A stretch of 64,000 nucleotides of DNA from Eubacteriales bacterium (GTDB taxonomy: Bacteria; Bacillota; Clostridia; Lachnospirales; JAITVM01). The translations under genes were made by a program, and so were the position numbers. The stretch lies in contig JAVBOA010000012.1 in assembly GCA_031551135.1 (NCBI GenBank), positions 844 through 64,843 on the forward strand, in the 5' to 3' direction. The notes beneath the pieces are model-generated. The model was not told the DNA's origin. It did not search any database and was given only the letters and a program-made list of their open reading frames with translations. The stretch's first letter is position 1; every line of letters starts with the position of its first letter. Shown piece by piece: positions 19,111 through 27,722 of this stretch.

Positions 19111-19857
19111 GTGATAACAGAAAATGAAAGGAATGGTTTTTTGCAAAGGTATATAAAGATTTCAAGTGCTATCTTGATTGCAGGATGCATGGGAATAGGA
19201 TTGTCTTCGTCAATAGTAAAATCAAATGATGAGACTTTAGAGGTAAAAGAGCGAGGTGTAATTAATAAGTCGCCATCAAAGATACAATATCAATACCACA
19301 AAATAAATAGTAATAATTTGGAAACACAAACCGCATCTGAGAAAGAAGTTGTCGTTCAGCAAACTGAGCCGCAAGTCTCACCAACGCCTACACCGGTTCC
19401 TATTGTTGAAAAGGCAGAGGTGATAGTAGAAGAAGTATTTGAACCTTATGATATTCCGCTTTCAACAGAGATTCAAGAATATACATATGAGCTTTGTAAG
19501 GAACGTGGGTTAGAATTTGAGATTGTTTTGGCATTGATGTTTGCCGAAAGTTCCTATCGACCTTCGCTAATTAGTAAAACAAATGATTATGGCATCATGC
19601 AGATAAATAAATGCAACCATCAAAGGCTGAAATCAGAGCTTGGCATTACTGACTTTTTAGATGTTAAGCAAAACATTGACGCTGGAACTTACCTGTTGTC
19701 TGAACTTGCAGCAAAGTATCCTGACAATCATAAGATGCTCATGGCCTACAATTTTGGAGAAGGAGGCGCGAAAAAGCATTGGAATAATGGAGTTTATAGC
19801 AGCAAATACAGCAGAAATATTGTCGGCTTAGCAGAGGAGATTAAAAATGGAGACTAA
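19111..19857 (+). CDS. SLT-domain lytic transglycosylase with N-terminal signal/anchor
   Basis: LALMFAESS (catalytic Glu), GIMQIN, AYNFGEG; hydrophobic N-terminus and PT-rich linker. Confidence 0.85.
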   Translation: MITENERNGFLQRYIKISSAILIAGCMGIGLSSSIVKSNDETLEVKERGVINKSPSKIQYQYHKINSNNLETQTASEKEVVVQQTEPQVSPTPTPVPIVEKAEVIVEEVFEPYDIPLSTEIQEYTYELCKERGLEFEIVLALMFAESSYRPSLISKTNDYGIMQINKCNHQRLKSELGITDFLDVKQNIDAGTYLLSELAAKYPDNHKMLMAYNFGEGGAKKHWNNGVYSSKYSRNIVGLAEEIKNGD

Positions 19858-20458
19858 AACTAAAGACTGGGTTGGTAATCAGAATAGTGTTTATAAGACT
19901 TTAGGAGCATCTAATCATACAGAAAAAGAAAGAGAGCAAGATGACTTCTACGCCACAGAGCCAAAGGCCATTGATGTACTATGTGAGGTTGAGAAATTTG
20001 ATGGACAGGTTTGGGAATGTGCTTGTGGAGAAGGACATTTATCGGAGAGATTAAAGGACTTCGGATATGACGTTATCAGCTCCGACTTAGTAGACAGGGG
20101 TTATGGGAAGAGCGGAGTCGATTTCTTGTCAGTTGGCAAGCAATATTACGGAAACATTGTCACAAATCCTCCTTACAAATATGCCAAAGAATTTATTGAA
20201 AAAGCGATGGAATTAGTTCCGGAAGGTAAAAAAGTAGCCATGTTCTTAAAAGTTCAGTTTCTTGAAGGCAAAGCACGTAAGGAAATGTTTAAGAAGTATC
20301 CTCCCAAAACTGTCTATGTATCAAGCTCAAGATTACTTTGCGCTAAAAACGCACAGTTTGATGACATGAAAGCCGGTGGTGGGAGTGCAGTCGCCTATTG
20401 CTGGTACATATGGGAAAAAGGATTTTATGGCGAGACGACTTTGAAATGGGTTAATTAG
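19847..20458 (+). CDS. Small phage amino-DNA methyltransferase (m6A or m4C)
   Basis: DFYAT, SAM-binding ECACGEG, catalytic NPPY, WYIWEKG. Confidence 0.8.
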   Translation: METKTKDWVGNQNSVYKTLGASNHTEKEREQDDFYATEPKAIDVLCEVEKFDGQVWECACGEGHLSERLKDFGYDVISSDLVDRGYGKSGVDFLSVGKQYYGNIVTNPPYKYAKEFIEKAMELVPEGKKVAMFLKVQFLEGKARKEMFKKYPPKTVYVSSSRLLCAKNAQFDDMKAGGGSAVAYCWYIWEKGFYGETTLKWVN

Positions 20459-20634
20459 TTACTATATCAACTCGTCACAAATGGGGAAGGAAATAATGAA
20501 GCAGAAAAATAACATGAGAGATATTAACAGCATGAAAATCTTGATTCATTCTTGACAGACATATTATAAATAATCACAGGAGAACTTGCAAGTTATTAGT
20601 GTGGCCACACCTCCCCGATCAGGAGGTAATTATC

Positions 20635-21831
20635 ATAAAAAAAATACTTATAGGTGGAAGCCCCTGTACTCACTGGAGTATAGCTCAGAAAAACAATCGT
20701 GAAACAAAAGCAGAAGGTTTAGGATGGGAATTATTCAAAAACTACCTTATAGCAAAAGAAAAATTCAAACCAGATTTCTTTCTCTATGAAAATAACAAGT
20801 CAGCAGCGCAGCCGATTAAAGAACAAATAAGCAGAGAACTTGATGTTGAGCTTCAATATATCAATAGCTCATTAGTGTCGGCACAAAATAGGCAAAGATT
20901 TTACGCTCACAATATTCCGAATGTTCCTCAGCCTGAGGATCGAGGAATTTTTCTGAAAGATATTTTGGAAAGTGGTATTCCTTGTAGAAATGAAAAAGCT
21001 TATTGTTTAGATGTGAATTATTATAAAGGTGGAAATCTAACAAGCTTTAATAAGCAAAGTGGACAAAGATTGATGGTTGCTGAACCAATCTGTGTTGCAC
21101 AGAGAGGTAGATACTCAACTAAGGATGGTTCAATAGAACAGCATTTTGAGGCAAGGAACGATGGAAAGACAAATGTCTTAACTACCGTCACAAAAGACAA
21201 CTTAATCGCAGAGCCTTTAAGAATCGGAAGTATCGGAAGTGATAGTCAAGCTCATCGAGTATACTCTGTATATGGAAAATCAATAAATCTTGTTGCAAAT
21301 GGAGGTGGTCAGGGTGCAAAAACAGGACTATATGCAGTGCCAGTTGACAAATCCTTTGATGCGCAGCCTGTATATACTGTTGTCAACGGAATGATTTCGA
21401 TTAACGAAAAAATATATCCGATAAAGCTTCCTGATGGATATTATATTATTCGTAAACTGATTGTTACTGAGGCCGCAAGGTTGCAAATGATGCCTGACGA
21501 CTATTGTAGGGCGGTAAGTAATTCTCAAGCATACAAATGCCTTGGTAATGGATGGACAGCAGAAGTGATTATACATATTTTAAAACACATGAATATTCCT
21601 CGTGACGAAGAATTGCTTGTTTTGTCTATGTATGACGGGATAGCAACAGGAAGATATTGCTTTGATAAAATGGGATACAAAAATATAAGGTATGCCGCGT
21701 GTGAAATTGACAAGTTTGCAATCAAAGTGGCAAATAGCAATTATTCAGACAACATTCAACTTGGCGATGCATTTCAAGTTAGAGACGAGCAATGGAGTTT
21801 CGAAGACATTCTCTTCAATAGAGCTGGTTAA
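20635..21831 (+). CDS. Circularly permuted C5 cytosine DNA methyltransferase, possibly multispecific; likely non-AUG start at ATA 20635 (track start GTG 20599)
   Basis: Motif order is IV (GGSPC), VI (ENN), VIII (QNRQRFY), long variable region, IX-X (EAARLQ...LGNGW), then I (LSMYDGIATG), II (CEID), III (LGDAF). Confidence 0.85.
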   Translation: MKKILIGGSPCTHWSIAQKNNRETKAEGLGWELFKNYLIAKEKFKPDFFLYENNKSAAQPIKEQISRELDVELQYINSSLVSAQNRQRFYAHNIPNVPQPEDRGIFLKDILESGIPCRNEKAYCLDVNYYKGGNLTSFNKQSGQRLMVAEPICVAQRGRYSTKDGSIEQHFEARNDGKTNVLTTVTKDNLIAEPLRIGSIGSDSQAHRVYSVYGKSINLVANGGGQGAKTGLYAVPVDKSFDAQPVYTVVNGMISINEKIYPIKLPDGYYIIRKLIVTEAARLQMMPDDYCRAVSNSQAYKCLGNGWTAEVIIHILKHMNIPRDEELLVLSMYDGIATGRYCFDKMGYKNIRYAACEIDKFAIKVANSNYSDNIQLGDAFQVRDEQWSFEDILFNRAG

Positions 21832-21886
21832 AGGCTTTGTATTGGAAAGGTTTACAATAATCTACTCATAGAATAGGAGTTGAGAT

Positions 21887-22498
21887 ATGGATCAAAAGAA
21901 TCTACTTACAGAAGCTAAAAAATTACAGGTTATATCAAGGTTGTCAAAAGAATTTTGGGAACTTGAAAATTCACTTCCAAAAGAAATATTTGACACAGAA
22001 AACTTTTATTTCGCTGGAGGATGTATCTATAGTATATGGAATGGGAAGCCACCGAAAGACTACGACATCTTTTGCACTTCCAAAGCAGCTGTAGATAAGC
22101 TAAAAAAATGGTTTGAAGCTAATCCTCACAGAGCAAATTTCACTACTGAAAATGCAATTACAATGGGGAAATATCAGTTTATTTTGAAATACATAGGAAA
22201 GCCTGAAGTTGAAGTAGCCAAATTTGACTTCAAACACAACTGTTGCTACTTCCATAGATACGAATTAAAAACACTCTACGGATATGAATTTTTGGATAGC
22301 AAGAAGCTGGTGTTCAACTCGGCTAGACCAAGAGATGTCCTTAATATCGTCACACGAATTCCAAAATTCATTGAAAGAGGTATGGAAATTTCTCAGAAAG
22401 AGATTTTAGAGATACTGGAAGTTGGGACAAGACCTACTAGATTATACGGAGAAAGAACAAGGTTAATCCATAGGATGAACAGCAATGACAACTATTAA
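21887..22498 (+). CDS. Pol-beta-like nucleotidyltransferase (poly(A) polymerase/CCA head-like)
   Basis: FAGGCIYS...PKDYDIF signature and downstream FDF. Confidence 0.65.
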   Translation: MDQKNLLTEAKKLQVISRLSKEFWELENSLPKEIFDTENFYFAGGCIYSIWNGKPPKDYDIFCTSKAAVDKLKKWFEANPHRANFTTENAITMGKYQFILKYIGKPEVEVAKFDFKHNCCYFHRYELKTLYGYEFLDSKKLVFNSARPRDVLNIVTRIPKFIERGMEISQKEILEILEVGTRPTRLYGERTRLIHRMNSNDNY

Positions 22499-22515
22499 TT
22501 CAAGGAGGCACATTT

Positions 22516-22995
22516 ATGAAGGTTGTAATCGCTACCGAAGGAACTGATTTCTTTCTCAGCTATAAAGTTATCTTAGAATATTGCAAAATCAAAGGATATG
22601 ATGTTTACCCTTATGTGGAGCATTGCGAATATAATCCAAGCATGTGCTGGTATAAACTTTGTTTTGATCCCGATGAACTTGACAGTGGACATATGGTTTG
22701 CCTTCTAAACAGGAATTACGGTGAAACATTTGAGTGTGAAATCATTGAAGATGATATGTGGCTGTACCCAGATGAGTTGTTGCATATTGAGTGCAGTTCT
22801 TGCGCCGATGTTAGAACCGATCCAACATTAATCAAAGCAATTGAAAATATTGGTGTAGAAAACAGCGGTAGAAAAAATGATATGTTCAAATGTGTGTTGA
22901 AAATCCATGATATCCCTGATGATGTTGAATGGGAATTAGAAATCTACGACTGCGGTGGTGAAGCGATTAGAGAAGTATCGAGGATTTGGGATTAA
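22516..22995 (+). CDS. Hypothetical phage protein
   Basis: AAGGAGG RBS; 159-aa acidic ORF within the operon. Confidence 0.7.
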   Translation: MKVVIATEGTDFFLSYKVILEYCKIKGYDVYPYVEHCEYNPSMCWYKLCFDPDELDSGHMVCLLNRNYGETFECEIIEDDMWLYPDELLHIECSSCADVRTDPTLIKAIENIGVENSGRKNDMFKCVLKIHDIPDDVEWELEIYDCGGEAIREVSRIWD

Positions 22996-23086
22996 TGCTG
23001 AGAACAACAATTTCTTAGACGAATTTGATAATAATATGCTTAAATAGACTCATTATCAATAACACATAATTAAGAGGTGTGGGTAT

Positions 23087-23257
23087 ATGGAACAGTTTAT
23101 ATGTTTTCATAGGAATTACCTGAAATTTAAAGGCGGTGTCAAATACAAAATTACCAAAATTACCTCTAAACATTTCTTTGTCGGCAGCACAAAAATCAGT
23201 CGGCATCTCAGTGAGCTGTTTTGGACAGGTGATGTAATTAGGCAAAACAAAAATTGA
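23087..23257 (+). CDS. Small basic hypothetical protein (56 aa, not in track)
   Basis: GAGGTG RBS 7 nt before ATG; MEQFICFHRNYLKFKGGVKYKITKIT...RQNKN; fills the gap before nrdJ. Confidence 0.6.
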   Translation: MEQFICFHRNYLKFKGGVKYKITKITSKHFFVGSTKISRHLSELFWTGDVIRQNKN

Positions 23258-23276
23258 TTATAATAGGAGCGTTTTG

Positions 23277-25544
23277 ATGAAGGTACAAGAATGGTTGGGC
23301 GAAGATAATAAGCTTGCAATTGATATTTGGGAAAAGAAATATAGAAATGGCAATGAAAATTTCGATGAATGGCTAAATAGAGTGAGCGCAGGGAATGAAG
23401 ATTTAAAAGAGTTAATTACTAAAAAGAAATTTCTCTTTGGTGGCAGAATTCTCAGCAACAGAGGTTTAAACAAGGAAGGTAAGAAAATCTCTTACAGTAA
23501 TTGCTATGTCCTTTCTCCGCCAGAAGATAATATTGAAAGCATTTTTGAAGCTGCAAAGAAATTGGCGAGAACCTTCAGCTATGGTGGCGGTTGTGGAATC
23601 GATATTAGTAAACTGTCTCCAAGAGGTGCGGTAATAAACAATGCGGCAAAATCAACGTCAGGGTCAGTTTCTTTTATGGATTTATATGATTTGGTCACAA
23701 GCCTTATAGGACAGTCGGGAAGACGTGGAGCATTAATGCTATCTATTGACTGTACTCATCCTGATTTGGAAGAATTTATTGGGATTAAGTCTGACCTGAG
23801 CAAAGTAAATAAAGCAAACATCTCTGTGAAGATAAACGATGGTTTCATGCAAGCCGTCAAGAATAAAACAGATTTCGAATTGAAGTTTATTAGAGAAGAA
23901 ACTGGCGAAGAGATTATAAAGAAGATAAAGGCAGACGAGTTATTTCATAAGCTTGCAGAGATGAACTGGGATTACGCCGAACCGGGGATGCTGTTTTGGG
24001 ACAGAATTAAAAGCTATAATCTTCTAAGCAATAACGATGATTTTCAATACGCTGGAGTGAATCCCTGCGCAGAGGAACCCCTTCCTGCCGGTGGAAGCTG
24101 TTTGCTGGGAAGCATAAATCTCGCCGAGTATGTTACTCAAAACAAGCAATTTGACTATGTTAGTTTCAGATATGATGTCAAAAAGGCAATCGTAGCTCTT
24201 AATGAAGTATTAGACGAAGGTCTTCCTCTTCATCCGTTGGAAGAACAACAAAATAGTGTTCGTGATTGGAGACAGATTGGACTTGGGATTATGGGTCTTG
24301 CTGATTGCTTAATTAAAATGGGCATTAAATACGGTTCAAAGAGAGCAGTGTACACATGCGACCTTATAGGTTTTAACATGGCTGAAGCATCTCTTTATTC
24401 CTCAGCAATTTTGGCAAGTAAATATGGTACTTATCCAAAGTACAACAATAAGGTTCTGGAAACTGAGTTTTTTCAGATGAATGCGTCAACTGAGACAATA
24501 GAAATAGTCAAGAAACATGGTTTAAGAAACTCTCAGCTTTTGACATGCGCTCCAACAGGCACTATCTCAACCATGTTGGGTGTAAGTGGCGGTATCGAGC
24601 CGATTTTTGCAAACTACTACATAAGAAAAACTCAGTCTCTTCATAATGAAGACTTTGAATATAAGGTTTACACTCCTATCGTAAAAGAATATATAGATTC
24701 AAATAATATTACTGATGACGCTGATTTGCCTGATTATTTTGTTACGTCTCAGCAGTTAGATTATGCAAATCGGATTGAAATGCAAGCAATCTGGCAAAGT
24801 CATATTGATGCTTCAATATCTTCCACCGTTAATCTGCCAAACTCTGCAACAGTAGAAGACGTGAAAAAGCTTTACTTATATGCTTGGGAAAAAGGATTGA
24901 AAGGCATAACAGTTTATCGGGATGGCTGCAAAAGAAGTGGAATTCTTATTACTGAGCCTAAATCCAAGGAAACCAGTAAACCCGAAGGAGCATCGGAAAG
25001 TACTGAGCTAAAGCGTGGAGATGTAATTCAAGTAAAAGATGATGTAGTTGGCAAGAAGAGAAAGCTGATGTCTGGATGTGGCACACTTCATTGCAAGGCG
25101 TTCTTTGACCCGGCAACAGGAGATATTCTTGAGACTTATTTTAGTAAGGGTTCATCAGGAGGTTGTAATAATTTCATGATTGGACTTTCGAGGATGATTT
25201 CTCTATCGGCAAGAGCTGGATGCGACGTTTACACAATAGCTGATCAGTTAGACAGTTGTGGTGTTTGCGCTTCTTATGCGGTCAGAACTGCGACCAAGAA
25301 AGATACCTCGAAAGGCTCGTGCTGTCCAATCGCAATCGGAAAAGCCCTCATCGATATGTATGAAGAATTTCAGGCTGAACTAAATTTAAAAATCAAGACC
25401 CCTCCAGTTGTAAAATCTGCAAAAAAGCAGACCATTCAAGAAGAGAAAAAGGGCTATGCCAATTGCCCTGAATGTGGAGAGAGTTTAGTGTTCGAGGGCG
25501 GTTGTAACACCTGTAAATCATGCGGATATTCAAAGTGTTCATAA
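23277..25544 (+). CDS. nrdJ: Class II (adenosylcobalamin-dependent) ribonucleotide reductase
   Basis: [31 protein letters not shown] and a C-terminal Cys-rich zinc ribbon (CPECG...CKSCGYSKC). Confidence 0.93.
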   Translation: MKVQEWLGEDNKLAIDIWEKKYRNGNENFDEWLNRVSAGNEDLKELITKKKFLFGGRILSNRGLNKEGKKISYSNCYVLSPPEDNIESIFEAAKKLARTFSYGGGCGIDISKLSPRGAVINNAAKSTSGSVSFMDLYDLVTSLIGQSGRRGALMLSIDCTHPDLEEFIGIKSDLSKVNKANISVKINDGFMQAVKNKTDFELKFIREETGEEIIKKIKADELFHKLAEMNWDYAEPGMLFWDRIKSYNLLSNNDDFQYAGVNPCAEEPLPAGGSCLLGSINLAEYVTQNKQFDYVSFRYDVKKAIVALNEVLDEGLPLHPLEEQQNSVRDWRQIGLGIMGLADCLIKMGIKYGSKRAVYTCDLIGFNMAEASLYSSAILASKYGTYPKYNNKVLETEFFQMNASTETIEIVKKHGLRNSQLLTCAPTGTISTMLGVSGGIEPIFANYYIRKTQSLHNEDFEYKVYTPIVKEYIDSNNITDDADLPDYFVTSQQLDYANRIEMQAIWQSHIDASISSTVNLPNSATVEDVKKLYLYAWEKGLKGITVYRDGCKRSGILITEPKSKETSKPEGASESTELKRGDVIQVKDDVVGKKRKLMSGCGTLHCKAFFDPATGDILETYFSKGSSGGCNNFMIGLSRMISLSARAGCDVYTIADQLDSCGVCASYAVRTATKKDTSKGSCCPIAIGKALIDMYEEFQAELNLKIKTPPVVKSAKKQTIQEEKKGYANCPECGESLVFEGGCNTCKSCGYSKCS

Positions 25545-25558
25545 AAAAGGAGAAAAAT

Positions 25559-25993
25559 ATGCTGAAAATAATAAGAACAAATAAAGAATTACCTTTGCCT
25601 CAGTACCAGACAGAAGATGCTGCTGGAATGGATTTATATGCGAGTATCAACGAACAGATAACGCTTAAGCCACTTGAGAGAAAGCTTATTCCTGCCGGAA
25701 TTATGACAGAAATACCGTCAGGCTATGAAATTCAAATTAGACCTCGCAGCGGATTGGCCTTAAAAAATGGCATTACTGTACTCAACAGCCCCGGCACTAT
25801 AGATCCTGACTACAGAGGAGAGATTGGAGTTATTCTAATAAATCTAGGCAACAAAGATTTCATAATTAATAAAGGCGACAGAATAGCACAAGCAGTGATT
25901 AATAAAGTTGAAAGGTTTTTTATAACAGAGGTAAATGATTTAGGAGAAAGCGAAAGAGGTTCTGGAGGCTTCGGCTCAACTGGAAAAAAATAA
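25559..25993 (+). CDS. dut: Trimeric dUTPase
   Basis: [24 protein letters not shown] and [10 protein letters not shown] motifs. Confidence 0.96.
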   Translation: MLKIIRTNKELPLPQYQTEDAAGMDLYASINEQITLKPLERKLIPAGIMTEIPSGYEIQIRPRSGLALKNGITVLNSPGTIDPDYRGEIGVILINLGNKDFIINKGDRIAQAVINKVERFFITEVNDLGESERGSGGFGSTGKK

Positions 25994-26029
25994 AACATAT
26001 CTTTATTGATATGATTTCAATAATGAAAG

Positions 26030-26659
26030 GTGAATAGTATGTATATGATTTGCGACTATATTATTCCAACTGATAAGTATCCATGTGTTTCAAATTGTAA
26101 AGTTTATGGCTTAGAAAATGCAATCCTTGTAAGCGGCTATCCTATGCTGGCTTCATTAAAAAAACAGGATATTAATTCTACAGATGTCCATCGAGCGGTA
26201 AAGCTCGGTGGTTCTGCCAAAGGTGAAGGGCATGACAATTTCCTAAATGGAGTAATCGTTCAGTTTGACTTAACTTTTTCAAATAAAGCTTGGGTTGAGC
26301 TTGAAAGATACCATTTCATTGATTTCATCAGCAGTCAATCAACGATGCACAGAATTGCTAAGTTCGACTTGGATGAACAGTATAACAGCTATGTTGATCC
26401 TCGCATCATTAAAATTATGAATGAGCTGAAAGATAAATATAATCGGACAAAAAATTCGGATGATTATTTAAAGCTTCTTTATTCTAATCCGGCAGGATTC
26501 ACGATCACAGCAGGGATGACGACAAATTACAGACAATTGAAAACCATATATGCACAGAGAAAAACACACAGACTTCCTGAATGGAGAGAGTTCTGCAAGT
26601 GGATGGAATCACTGCCGTTGTTTAAAGAGATTTGTTTGAGGAGAAATTCGCATGAGTAA
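26030..26659 (+). CDS. ThyX/Thy1-fold protein (divergent flavin-dependent thymidylate synthase-like)
   Basis: GH..FL, ELERYH...SSQST and TNYRQL..IY.QR...RLPEWR resemble ThyX segments, but the canonical RHRxxSxxxxSxR is altered. Confidence 0.6.
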   Translation: MNSMYMICDYIIPTDKYPCVSNCKVYGLENAILVSGYPMLASLKKQDINSTDVHRAVKLGGSAKGEGHDNFLNGVIVQFDLTFSNKAWVELERYHFIDFISSQSTMHRIAKFDLDEQYNSYVDPRIIKIMNELKDKYNRTKNSDDYLKLLYSNPAGFTITAGMTTNYRQLKTIYAQRKTHRLPEWREFCKWMESLPLFKEICLRRNSHE

Positions 26660-26714
26660 AGAACTGAAAGTTATTCTCCATGAGATTTTTGAAGAATTGG
26701 AGGCTATCAAATGA
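26652..26714 (+). CDS. 20-aa micro-ORF MSKELKVILHEIFEELEAIK, coupled to both neighbours
   Basis: GAGGAGA RBS; ATG overlaps the end of the upstream gene and TGA overlaps the ATG of the kinase. Confidence 0.45.
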   Translation: MSKELKVILHEIFEELEAIK

Positions 26715-27226
26715 TTATTTTATTAGGTGAGTCTGCATCAGGAAAATCCACTATAGAAAAAGAACTGGTAAAACGCGGGCTTATAAATATTGTTTCCTAT
26801 ACAACAAGACCTATTAGAGCTGGAGAAATTGACAGTGTTGATTATCACTATATTTCAGATAAAAAGTTCGAAGAGCTTCTTCAGAAAGATTTTTTTGCAG
26901 AATATACCAGATACAATGGTTGGAGTTATGGAATTGCAAAGGAAGATTGTAAAGACAATACTGTTGTAGTAGTTGAGCCACATGGATTTAGACAATTGCT
27001 GAAACTTAGAGACATCAATATTTCCTCATTCTACATTAAAGTTTCGGAAAATGATCGTTTAGTTCGAATAGCGCAGCGTGGCGATAATATTATGGAAATA
27101 TTTAGACGCATAATATCTGATCAAGGTGTATTTCAAGGAATTGAAGAAGATGTTACCTATATATTGGACGGAACTATGCCTGTAACTGATAATGTTGAGA
27201 AAATATTGCATACCTTGTTACCGTGA
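26711..27226 (+). CDS. Guanylate kinase-like (d)NMP kinase
   Basis: GESASGKST, YTTRPIRAGE.D.VDYHY and YNGWSYG motifs. Confidence 0.85.
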   Translation: MIILLGESASGKSTIEKELVKRGLINIVSYTTRPIRAGEIDSVDYHYISDKKFEELLQKDFFAEYTRYNGWSYGIAKEDCKDNTVVVVEPHGFRQLLKLRDINISSFYIKVSENDRLVRIAQRGDNIMEIFRRIISDQGVFQGIEEDVTYILDGTMPVTDNVEKILHTLLP

Positions 27227-27244
27227 AAACATGACTAAAGCAGA

Positions 27245-27427
27245 TGTTCTGATAGATGGTGTGTATATAAATTTGAGAGGCATATAACAGCTTGATGTAC
27301 AAAATGTCCAATTGATAAACATGGGATAGAAATTGTGAAATCAAACATGCATAAGACTTCGGAATTTATTACAATAAAAAAGACTTTTAAGGATTTAGAG
27401 ACGAGAGGGGTTAATGGATTTGAATAG
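27245..27427 (+). pseudogene. Probable remnant of a small Cys-containing phage gene
   Basis: Frame reads CSDRWCVYKFERHITA*CTKCPID...GFE* with an internal TGA at 27293 and no intact start. Confidence 0.3.
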
Positions 27428-27500
27428 TTTAGCGTATAATTGTGTAATTACAGAGCCTTCACCTGAATATAATTCTATTGTGGGTAAGGAGGGGCTTAAA

Positions 27501-27674
27501 ATGATTAAAAAAGATGAAAAACATGAGGAGAGTAATCATTTTAAAGTTATACACACTATCCCTAAAATGTCGATTAGTGACAGAGAAAAAAAGACACAAA
27601 TGATAGGAAATGATCTTTATGAAGTGTTTATTAGAATCCAATCACAACTTGCTTCTGAAAGTGTATATAATTAA
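27501..27674 (+). CDS. Small protein upstream of the integrase, candidate recombination directionality factor
   Basis: AAGGAGGGG RBS, ATG 27501, 57 aa; function inferred from size and position only. Confidence 0.55.
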   Translation: MIKKDEKHEESNHFKVIHTIPKMSISDREKKTQMIGNDLYEVFIRIQSQLASESVYN

Positions 27675-27676
27675 TA

Positions 27677-27722
27677 TTGACAGTGAAGGTTATTGATGCT
27701 ATTATATCGGTAACCTTTTTTG
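27677..27722 (+). promoter_or_regulatory. Integrase promoter overlapping an intrinsic terminator-like hairpin
   Basis: TTGACA-17bp-TGcTATTAT; AAGGTTATTGAT...ATCGGTAACCTT stem followed by a T run. Confidence 0.65.

Noticed and set aside
19847-21831. Restriction-modification system
   Set aside because: No restriction endonuclease is adjacent; orphan methyltransferases are typical phage anti-restriction genes
12997-25544. Inteins or group I introns in dnaE, recD2 or nrdJ
   Set aside because: The frames are continuous, lengths are ordinary and no splice-junction or LAGLIDADG motifs were seen
27293-27295. In-frame TGA as selenocysteine or readthrough codon
   Set aside because: The frame lacks an intact start and no SECIS-like hairpin follows; gene decay is the simpler explanation
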